This document shows, piece after piece, positions 42,355 through 51,011 of a DNA stretch of 64,000 bases. The stretch is from Rhodothermales bacterium (GTDB lineage: Bacteria > Bacteroidota > Rhodothermia > Rhodothermales > Bin80). The DNA lies in contig OZ244061.1 of the NCBI GenBank assembly GCA_965215475.1, forward strand, positions 3,112,307-3,176,306, in the 5' to 3' direction. The position numbers were made by a program, and so were the translations under genes. The notes beneath the pieces are model-generated. The model searched no databases. It was not told the DNA's origin and worked only from the letters and a program-made list of their open reading frames with translations. Position 1 is the first letter of the stretch. Every line of letters begins with the position of its first letter.

Positions 42355-43032
42355 TCACCTCATTCTCATCAAGTGTCCGACCTGCATGGATGCGTGTCCT
42401 TCCATGGAGGTGGCTACCATGCGATACAGATAGACGCCGGCCGGGAGGGCAACCTGCTCCAATGTGATCACCTGCTCTCTGCCCGCCGCCATGCGCACCA
42501 TTGGATGGGTATACACCCGCCTGCCCGTCAGATCCAGGACGTCCAGTTTGATTTCGGCCGGCCACGGCAGATCAAAGAGCAGATTCGTAGACGTATGGAA
42601 GGGATTGGGATAGTTGGCATGCACGATCAGCTCCTGGGGATACTCCTTCTGCTCTTCGGTCGCCACCGGCGAGACCACTTCCAGGGTAAAGGTTAAGCTG
42701 GCTTGGGCCCCCTTGGCATCCGTTGCCTTGTAGGTCAGCTCCACCGGGGGTGTGATCTGCACGGGCGTGCCCGCGATCGTGCGCGTGGACGCATCAAACC
42801 TCAGTCCACTCGGAAGAGACAAGAGGTTGAGCGTATACTGAACCGGGTCGGTGCCCCCGGTCACCTCCGGCAAGACCAGTGGATCAATCCCTTGTCCACG
42901 ATCATAGGATTGATTCATGACCGTGGTGACAAACGTGATCTCGTAGATCTCCAGCGTAAATTCCATTGTGGAGATGGCCCCCGGGGCATCGGTCACCGTC
43001 CAGATAAAGGGTTGTGATCCCATAATATTCAC
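42355..43032 (-). pseudogene. 5'-truncated T9SS cargo fragment (two cadherin-like Ig repeats plus T9SS CTD)
   Basis: No signal peptide. DPLVLPEVTGGTDPVQYTL..STRTIAGTP and YPNPFHTSTNLLFDL..LDVLDLTGRRVY parallel the C-terminus of the S8 peptidase at 839-4105. It abuts an IS remnant. Confidence 0.6.
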
Positions 43033-43079
43033 GACGATTGAGTTTTGAAGTTATTTTCAGCACATTGGAGTTTTTTCTG

Positions 43080-44160
43080 AAAGCCTGGTTTAACGCCCTA
43101 AGCCTACCTTGTATGACCATCGCAAGGAGCGTCAGTGGCGCCATCTGGATCTGTTTACTTGGAGGTGTTTTATTCACGGCCGGGTTCCCCGCGTACAAAC
43201 CCCTAAGGATCCGAAGACGATCCGCTGAACGCAACCAAGAACCAAACCAAAGCGTCGGGAATTCTTCGGTGCGGAATGAACCAAGTCCATCGCAGTATGC
43301 ACCGTGCGGTGAAGCGCGGAGAGGCCCGCAGATCTCTGACAAACGTTCGTCCTATCCGTATGGATGAAAAGGCCCTCAAGCGCGGACATCGGCACGCAAC
43401 GGTGGGGAGTGATTCGGATCTTGGAATCGTTCTTGATGTTGGATAAGGGCGCACCAAAAAAGGCACGATCGACCTGTTGGAGGGCATTTTAGAGCGGATC
43501 GGGGATCAGGTATCGATCGATATGTGGCTGGCGTTCATTGGAGCGGTACAAGAAGTCTTCCCCGAGGCCCTCTTGATTCACGATCGGTTTCATTTAATCC
43601 AGTATCTCCATCAAGCCATCCATCAAGCACGAAGGCGAGAGGTCAAAGATCATCCAGAACTCAAAGGGAGCCAGTACGCCCTGTTGAAGAATGAAAAAAA
43701 TCGCACGCAAAAACAAGAAGAAATCTTCCAGGTGATCCAAGAAGCGAACCTCCATGTGAGTGTTGCTTGGCGATTCCGAGAAGACTTCAAAGCCATCTTT
43801 GAATGCACATCGTTCCAGGAAGCGAAAGAGTATCTCAACTTATGGCTTGACGAGGTGCAAGAGACGAGGATTCAGGAAGTCATCAACATTGCAGATCTGT
43901 TTAAGAACCACTTTGATGGAGTTTGCAACGCACTATGGAACCGACCGTCCAATGCAAAAGCAGAACGGATGAACGGAAATATTCAAGAAATCAAAACCAT
44001 TGGGAGAGGATACAGAAGATTTGAAAACTTCCGCGTTGCGATTCCAATGCGGAGGTTTAGACCTGCACCCACACAATTCGTGACAGAACCATCTGAGATA
44101 TTCGTGATTGAAATTAGAGTTTATCCGGTCTTGGGGTATTTGATTGGCCAAAAATAGAAG
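43080..44160 (+). mobile_element. decayed ISL3-family transposase remnant (5'-truncated, internal deletion, stop codon and frameshift)
   Basis: Hand translation gives ..YDHRKERQWRHLDLF.., ..GMNQVHRSMHRAVKRG..IRMDEKALKRGHRHAT..VLDVG*GRTKK.., then the ORF 43477-44157 with DRFHLIQYL. The C-terminus ..QCGGLDLHPHNS* is readable only after a frameshift. Confidence 0.7.
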
Positions 44161-44240
44161 GAATGTGACGACTTCAGCGCTTTGAAGAGAACAAATAGTT
44201 GAAATGATCATAGTAGAACCACAAAATCAAATTTCAACGT

Positions 44241-44654
44241 ATGCGTAAGCCTCGTACCATCATCAGTATGATTGCCCTTGTGGGATTTGCCTCTCTGCTT
44301 CTGCTCAACTTCGGAGAACAGGTTGGTGGTTATATGCATTTTTCCGAAGCTGAAGCCTCAGGATCTCGTGCTCATGTGGTTGGTTACTGGACACAACCCG
44401 AGACGGCTCATTATGACTCTGAGACCAATGTCTTTTCATTCCACATGAAAGATGAAGAGGGAAGCGTTCGCAAAGTACACTATCATGATATAAAACCTGC
44501 AAGCTTTGAAAATGCAGAAAAGCTGGTCGTGGAAGGCCGTCTAAATGGAGAAATTTTTGAGGCCGAACATATCCTCATGAAATGCCCCTCGAAATATAGC
44601 GAAACGAACACTCTCCATCAGATTCCTCTCTCTTTGGAAGACCTCCAAAATTAA
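44241..44654 (+). CDS. CcmE-like heme chaperone, CxxxY variant, without neighbouring ccm genes
   Basis: N-terminal membrane anchor plus OB-fold pattern (..VHYHDIKPASFENAEKLVVEGRL.GEIFEAEHILMKCPSKY). The CPSKY motif replaces the HxxxY heme-binding motif. Confidence 0.65.
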   Translation: MRKPRTIISMIALVGFASLLLLNFGEQVGGYMHFSEAEASGSRAHVVGYWTQPETAHYDSETNVFSFHMKDEEGSVRKVHYHDIKPASFENAEKLVVEGRLNGEIFEAEHILMKCPSKYSETNTLHQIPLSLEDLQN

Positions 44655-44850
44655 TATTCCATAGAAAACGCGGTAGCATCAATAAATATTTGATTCTTCG
44701 ATTTGATGGGAGATTAGTCTGCTTCTAGAATTTTGCTTGAATGCCATCCTCCAAAAACATTCAATCCTAATCCATTTGATGCACTCCCCTCCCGTAAAAC
44801 GATAGATCTTTACCCAAAACAATCAAAGTAGAACAACTAAATTCTTTTCG

Positions 44851-44858
44851 TATATTTG
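44851..44858 (+). promoter_or_regulatory. TAnnTTTG (tatatttg) Bacteroidetes-type -7 promoter element upstream of the cluster
   Basis: An exact match to the consensus is seen in the sequence. No clear -33 TTTG was found. Confidence 0.25.
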
Positions 44859-45431
44859 CATTCGGTTAGACATTCTATATTGCTATCACCATTACTTATG
44901 AGAAGTTGCTCTCCATTATTATTGTCTAGAATGGCTTCCTCGGAATCAACCTGCAATTTAGAGGATTCAGAGATACGTTTACGAAAATCCCCCCCCCCTT
45001 TTTTTCGTAGCTCCCTAGTCCTATTTTTGATCCTTTTTGGAACTGGTTGTCAGGGAGTTACTGATTATTGTGACCTTGGAAAGCAAGATTTTTGGCTTGA
45101 ATCACTCTCGGATTGGCTAAATCTTGCCATACAATCCGGTGTCATCGGTTTTCTGATAACATTGATTGTTAGCTTGTTCTTGTACAGAGCACAACTTCAA
45201 AAAGTAAGGGAATGGGATGTTACCGCATCCTCACATCCTCGATTTCTGCCCCTTTGGGTGATCCCGGCTTTATTGATTGCCATTGCGCTTATGCCTGCAA
45301 TCCTATTCCTCCCCCTGGATTGCTCAATAAGGTTGGCACACATAATCGGTGCATGGGCAGGTTCGTTTATCGGTTGGGGAATCGTCTACACCTACTACTC
45401 TATCAGTGTCAAAAAAATACTTAAAAATTAA
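44856..45431 (+). CDS. polytopic membrane protein, first gene of the cluster (start probably ATG 44898 or 44931)
   Basis: Lipobox-like LILFGTGC followed by three hydrophobic helices. The stop lies 2 nt before the next gene. Confidence 0.5.
   Translation: MHSVRHSILLSPLLMRSCSPLLLSRMASSESTCNLEDSEIRLRKSPPPFFRSSLVLFLILFGTGCQGVTDYCDLGKQDFWLESLSDWLNLAIQSGVIGFLITLIVSLFLYRAQLQKVREWDVTASSHPRFLPLWVIPALLIAIALMPAILFLPLDCSIRLAHIIGAWAGSFIGWGIVYTYYSISVKKILKN
44989..45005 (+). repeat. C10 T7 homopolymer tract inside the coding frame (encodes SPPPFF)
   Basis: Counted directly: C at 44989-44998, T at 44999-45005. Confidence 0.9.
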
Positions 45432-45433
45432 TT

Positions 45434-48166
45434 ATGCCGAATTATTTTGTTGCGTGTGGTGGAACAGGGGCTCATGTAATGTTGGCCATGGTGCGTTTAC
45501 ATCTACTGGGATACCCTTTTGGGTTTTTCACCCCAAAAGACGGAAAAAATTTCCCTGATCTTTTTCTGATTGATCAAGATAGTGGATCACTTGTAACCGG
45601 CAAGGACAAGAACACTGCAATGGGGGAAATAAACCGCCTTCTTCGCATTCACCCCGGTCGATACGATCCACAAGTTGCATTTGGTGTTGGTCGCAAGTTG
45701 AAAATATCTCGTGTATCACCATTACCCATTGATGATGGAACATGGTTTGCCTCCCCTAACAACATACTGAAGAACAGATTTTCAGCATCAGACATTCTTG
45801 ATCTGATAACTACTGATCGCCAGCAAGATATTGATTATTCTGGCGGCATGATGGCATCCCCTGCCGTGGGATCCCTTCTTTTTCGCCTCAAAGACGATGA
45901 CAGACCCAATCCTGGGGCACCGAATAATGATAAAAATTATAACACATTACTGACTGATTCTGCAGGAAACCCTGTTGTCGTCTGCGGCTCAATTGTAGGA
46001 GGCACTGGTGCATCTGTTACCCCCACTCTTGCGCGTCAATTAAAAGATGGTCAGGCATCTGAGGTAATGGCAGTTTTGGTTCACAGGTGGTTTAACCTTG
46101 ATGCAGATCAAGGCGGAAAAAATTTTGATGACGCCGTCCGTAGAAATAAGGATATGGAAGACAATGCTGCCAGTGGACTTGTCTCTTCTGCTGAGGAACT
46201 GGCTAATCATTTACCTACAGTTTTAGTAGGAGCGACTAACAAAGGGATGAAAGATCGAAAATATGGTGGTGACTATCTAATGCCTATTGAAGATTCCTAC
46301 ATTCATGCTGTTGCAGCACTCGCTGGCATGACCCATTTACTCGGTGCACACCAGCCCAATGGGCTATATGGAGTATCCGCTTCTGTGGATCACGAGTTGA
46401 GTAATGATATTAAGATTGAAAATTCCACACTAGGCAATTTAATTGATCATGCTGAATTATTTTTAAGATTTTTGGACGCCTATTGCAAGGTCCTATCAAA
46501 CTTCAACGATTCATCCAATGCTGACATTATAGAGAAGTTTTTGAAAAAAACCAGTACTGGTTTCAGTGATCCTCCGCGACACAAGATACATGAATGGATC
46601 TATAACGAAGTTGGAAAGTCTGCCAAAAAGGTGGATTCGGTGTTCAATCAACTAAAAGAGTTCAAGGTTGCCTACGCCGAGTCTCTGGACTGGCTCAGAA
46701 GCCTAACTTCCCCTAGACCCATCCTTTCCCCCAAAGATGATATAGGATCAATCACTTTTCTTAATGAACGCTTAAAAGTAAAGCCACTGGATGGGTCTGC
46801 AGGAACTCGAACTCCTCCTATACCTATGGACAGGGAGGAATATATTGCTCTATCTCTGTATCACTGGCTTGCAGAATGGACTAAGGATTACTACGAGAAA
46901 AAATACAAGAATTTGTTTCCATCTCAAGGTAGTGTTAAAAAAGGATACTGGCCATCTATTGATGAGCCTACACTTCTTCCCGCTTTTAGCAATGCAGGCA
47001 CACTAGCAGGCCTTCATGGTGCAGGTAATATCGGGGCCGCGCTAAAAGCTATGTATGATCCTTCGAAAATTTCTCAAAATGGATGGCCACATTGCTTTGC
47101 TGCTAGTAAGCAATTCAAATTTTTAGTTAAGACTGGAGACAAAGTAGCGATTCGAAAACTTGAAATGTTGCTTGTAGGTCATGCACTTGGTTACCTGAAG
47201 CTGGAGCCTGTTAAATTTCTTGACAAAAACAAAAGGATCCCAGCATCTATTGATACCCTGCTTGAAGAAAAAGGAAATGGTTTGGCGAAATATCGGCTTC
47301 GTGACAAAAAAAACGATATTGTTTATGGATTTAGTTCACCAGACACATTACTATGCCCCACACCAAGAACTGATGATCCAAGAACTGATGATCCAAGAAC
47401 TAATGATGAATTGGCAAAATTATGGGACAAAATCACAGATTATACTGATCCTAATGCGGACTATAAAACATCACAAAAATGGGGGTATTTTGGAAACAAG
47501 GCTCGCAGCAGTGTTGCATTTTGGATTCAGCAGTTGACTAAATATTACCCCAACGAGCCTACATTAGATTGGGTCAAGCCTCTCAAAAATAATCCTCAGG
47601 ACGGACAACCATATGGAATTGTAGAATGGCTTCCATTGTCTGACAACGGGAACAATGAGATTAAACTCCCCTTGCCCCATGTTAAAAATACGCTCCGCCC
47701 TTCTCAAGATATAATTGGCGGGATACAATCTTTTGATGCCCATACACAGGATAAAAAAATACAGACCCGAATTCCAAGCTTCAATAAATGGAATAATTTT
47801 TCCCGCATAAAAGAAATATTTTTGCCCGGTTTAAAAAACCCGATTAGCTTGATCTGGAAAGAGCATCTGGATGGGTTACAAAAAAAGGGGGAGATTTTTG
47901 CATGGGGAAGCGATAAAAAAGATCATATTTGGGTCATGACGGATCTGGAATCAGATCTGATTGAAATCACGAACCTGCGTGTCATAGATATTGAGAAAAT
48001 TCGTATTCCCACTTGTATTCCGCTTAAGCAAAACCCTGTTCCTGGATCTAATACCAAAAAGGGTAGCATAATATTTCCCGATTTGCCCCTCCTTCCAGAA
48101 TATACAAGTTTAGCGATGGTACCTCCTGGCAATAAAAGAAGCGGGAAAAGCAATGATCAATCATAA
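45434..48166 (+). CDS. 910-aa protein with N-terminal tubulin/FtsZ-superfamily-like GTPase loops and a large uncharacterised C-terminal region
   Basis: FVACGGTGAHV (T1-like GxGxxG, aa 5-15), SGGMMASPAVGSLLF (T3-like, aa 136-150) and CGSIVGGTGASVTP (T4-like GGGTGSG, aa 184-197; nt 45998-46015). Confidence 0.5.
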   Translation: MPNYFVACGGTGAHVMLAMVRLHLLGYPFGFFTPKDGKNFPDLFLIDQDSGSLVTGKDKNTAMGEINRLLRIHPGRYDPQVAFGVGRKLKISRVSPLPIDDGTWFASPNNILKNRFSASDILDLITTDRQQDIDYSGGMMASPAVGSLLFRLKDDDRPNPGAPNNDKNYNTLLTDSAGNPVVVCGSIVGGTGASVTPTLARQLKDGQASEVMAVLVHRWFNLDADQGGKNFDDAVRRNKDMEDNAASGLVSSAEELANHLPTVLVGATNKGMKDRKYGGDYLMPIEDSYIHAVAALAGMTHLLGAHQPNGLYGVSASVDHELSNDIKIENSTLGNLIDHAELFLRFLDAYCKVLSNFNDSSNADIIEKFLKKTSTGFSDPPRHKIHEWIYNEVGKSAKKVDSVFNQLKEFKVAYAESLDWLRSLTSPRPILSPKDDIGSITFLNERLKVKPLDGSAGTRTPPIPMDREEYIALSLYHWLAEWTKDYYEKKYKNLFPSQGSVKKGYWPSIDEPTLLPAFSNAGTLAGLHGAGNIGAALKAMYDPSKISQNGWPHCFAASKQFKFLVKTGDKVAIRKLEMLLVGHALGYLKLEPVKFLDKNKRIPASIDTLLEEKGNGLAKYRLRDKKNDIVYGFSSPDTLLCPTPRTDDPRTDDPRTNDELAKLWDKITDYTDPNADYKTSQKWGYFGNKARSSVAFWIQQLTKYYPNEPTLDWVKPLKNNPQDGQPYGIVEWLPLSDNGNNEIKLPLPHVKNTLRPSQDIIGGIQSFDAHTQDKKIQTRIPSFNKWNNFSRIKEIFLPGLKNPISLIWKEHLDGLQKKGEIFAWGSDKKDHIWVMTDLESDLIEITNLRVIDIEKIRIPTCIPLKQNPVPGSNTKKGSIIFPDLPLLPEYTSLAMVPPGNKRSGKSNDQS
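47363..47407 (+). repeat. 3 x 15-bp in-frame tandem repeat (ccaagaactgatgat x2, ccaagaactaatgat) encoding PRTDD-PRTDD-PRTND
   Basis: Read directly from the sequence. Confidence 0.95.
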
Positions 48167-50351
48167 TTGGAATGGTTTATCAGACTATAAATGGGATAAC
48201 AATACTACGGTAGAATGGGACGTGTATTTAATGGGCCGCCCTCAATCAAAGCCTGAAAAGATCAAAGTAACAATTGATAAGAATATCAATCCCGAAGCAG
48301 CTCATTGGATGATTTGGCCAAATTTCAAGTCTCCCAAAAATGACCCGACGCCATGGAGAGCCTATTACGTATATGAAGATTCATCACGACCATCCCTGCA
48401 AGCTCATGTCTTGACCCAAAAGAATGATGGAAGTATTTCTAGACCCAAAACACGCCCCGATGGCATTTCTGGTCCCAGTCGCTCTGTGGAATGTAAAAAT
48501 GGAAAACACACCGGCGGTGCTCCAGTGGCCTTGTGTGCTTATGATACTGATCTTGAAAAATATGTCGGCCTTTATAAAATAGAAATAGTGAATGAGTTTG
48601 ACGACCATGACAATCCAACTCCTTGGAAGCTTGCCTTGGATTTTGGAACTTCACATACGGTAATGGCCCAAGAAGGTCTCAATAATGGAAATGCTGAAAT
48701 AATTTCCCTCAGTAGTGAATTAACTCCTGAGAGCCCAGAGATGTCTTTGCATATCAGTCAGAATTGGCCTGAGCAAAGAGATGTGGAGCGTAAAAAATCT
48801 TTGGAGGTATGGAGACCAACTTATGTAGAGAAGAAGAATTTGAACCCAAGCGCATCCCAAATGCTGCGTTCCGATCTTTGGTCGTCGAAGAAGAAGGAAT
48901 TCGGCACATCCAACAATATGCCGGAAGGATTGGGAGCCCATGACCCATTATGCACTTCCTTCCTGGAATTTACACCGTGAATCTTTAGGTGATGTTATAT
49001 CTGGCTTTAAATGGGAAATGAATGATGCACAGTTTGCAGGGCATGAGCGATGGCTCCAAAAGAGATATCTTGCAATGGTCATTGAACTATTCTTGGCCGA
49101 AGTGATCATGGAAAAACGAGCGTTTCCGCACAAAGTCCAGTTTACATTCACGTATCCCTTACGAGGCAACAAGGATAACTACGAAGAACATGATTAAAGA
49201 AGGTGCTTCCGGAATGTGCAAAAAATCTTGGTTTCGATTTCAATCCAGACGGAAACAATTTATCTTTACTTAGTGAATCCCATGCTGCGGCTGGAATCGT
49301 AGGTACAGGGAATCCTTGTGAAGTAAAACTTGTAGCCGACCTAGGCGGGGGAACCCTTGACATCTTTATTTCCACGTCAGACACGTCAGATAGAGAAGAT
49401 AGTGATAGTAGATTCAAGACAATAGCCGATAGTGCTAAAATTGGGGCGAATCATCTACTCAAAATTCTCGCGAAGTATGGATCTAAATATCTTCCAAACG
49501 ATTCTGCATGGAGGGACAGCTATGAAGAAGCTTATATCAACTTATGTGTGTGGATGCGTTTGAAAGGATCTCGTCAATTATTCGATCCTAGTGGAATAAA
49601 TTCAGAGATTCCTCCACTAAAACTTAATGGCTTCCAAGATGGACCATCTGGGAGCAAGGCAAGAATTCTCATCAGTAAGTATTTCTACCTAATTACTGAT
49701 TTTTTAGCTCGAAATCTTGTCGCGTATGTGACGAAACATGTTCTTAAAGAGTTAACAGATCAAGAGCTTAAGCATGATCTAAAACTATTTCTACAACTCC
49801 AGGGTAACGGATGGCGTTTATGGTATCAGAGTGACGATTACAATCAAATTCATCAGCAAATACTTAAACTTATCAAAGAACGAGCTAACCTCTTATGGAA
49901 CGAGCGATCTCTGGATAGTCATGATTTTTCTATTCAAGAAGATTTATGGGATGATGAAAACAGAAATTTAGGCCCTGACCCTAAGACTGGCCCGATTTGT
50001 AACGCTGTAGGTAAAGGCTCTCTAACAGACGGTACAACAAACTATCACAAATTCCCCTTATCCAAAGTAAAGATTTTTCATCCTGAAGAGGAAACAATCG
50101 AAAGAAATTGGTTTGATCTTCTACCATTTGAGAAGTTGCCACAGAAGTCAACTCCTAGAATCAAAGAATTTGATCCAGGATTATGGTTAGGCCGTACATC
50201 AAAAGAAATCAGTGCGATTGAGGCTCAACGTATGGCTAAAATTAATGCTGAAATAGAAAGTCCAACTTGGGGTATAAATACGATGGATGCACCTATTGGG
50301 GCGGCTATTTGGGAGCAGATGCTTAAATCGGCATATTTGAGGATGGATTGA
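48153..50351 (+). pseudogene. Hsp70/actin-fold (ASKHA) ATPase with a ~155-aa N-terminal extension, split over three ORFs by two frameshifts
   Basis: LALDFGTSHTV (phosphate-1, nt 48639-) in ORF 48153-48980. VQFTFTYPL (the 'vitvPa' strand) in ORF 48940-49197. LSESHAAAG and ADLGGGTLDIFIS (phosphate-2, nt 49338-) in ORF 49203-50351. Frames run 0 to 1 to 0. Confidence 0.6.
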
Positions 50352-50606
50352 AACATCCATTGAAGCTTTCAAGGAATGATTATGATTGATCTGATGGTTG
50401 ATGTCTCTGGCACTCCTCACAAATCAAATCATAACTGATGCTCTCTCTGATTGCTACCAACCCAATAAACAACCTGCATGATGGTGATGATCCATATTCC
50501 ATTGCGCGCTCAATTTCACCCTGATCTGTTCGTTGTATGACACGAGCCTTGAATTCTACCATTTTATTTCTGATGCTCAAGGTTTAAGTTGACCACTATC
50601 TGTGAT

Positions 50607-51011
50607 ATGAAGCTGAGGACGAAATTCTTGAAATTGATGGAAGTAGCACGAACTACTCTGCAGGGGGAATGGGCCAAAAAAGGGCTTGAATTATTGGTTC
50701 GTGTAGTTCTCGTTGCAACTCGTCGGACCGATGGAAATCCAGCATCATTAGATCTACTCATTCTTCGTGATTTGAAAAAGATCCTTGAGGATTTTCCCAG
50801 TATGCCTTGCCCACCAGCAGGATCGCCTACTCTCTTTCCACGAGAAGATTCAAAAACTAAACTCCTTATTTCCCCTAGATGGATACTCCGATCACTATAC
50901 AAGATTCGTATTCAATTAGGTGGACCAGTTCCAACGCATATCAGAGTTTTACGTGATGCTCTGGAATCACTGCAATGCATCTATGTAACCTCACAAAATG
51001 AAGCGAAATGA
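50607..51011 (+). CDS. hypothetical 134-aa protein (ATG at 50607)
   Basis: ATGA overlap with the downstream gene (51008-51011). No motif recognised. Confidence 0.4.
   Translation: MKLRTKFLKLMEVARTTLQGEWAKKGLELLVRVVLVATRRTDGNPASLDLLILRDLKKILEDFPSMPCPPAGSPTLFPREDSKTKLLISPRWILRSLYKIRIQLGGPVPTHIRVLRDALESLQCIYVTSQNEAK

Noticed and set aside
42171-43017. + strand ORFs 42171-42467, 42256-42696 and 42703-43017, and - strand 42308-42565
   Set aside because: They overlap the T9SS-CTD/Ig fragment on the - strand, which has recognisable domains. GC-rich DNA generates long spurious frames.
50380-50580. Antisense 60-66-aa ORF in the 255-nt gap between the ASKHA gene and the next cluster gene
   Set aside because: No recognisable motif, and the opposite orientation inside an otherwise co-directional operon. 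It is more likely an intergenic or promoter region. RNA-seq would be needed.
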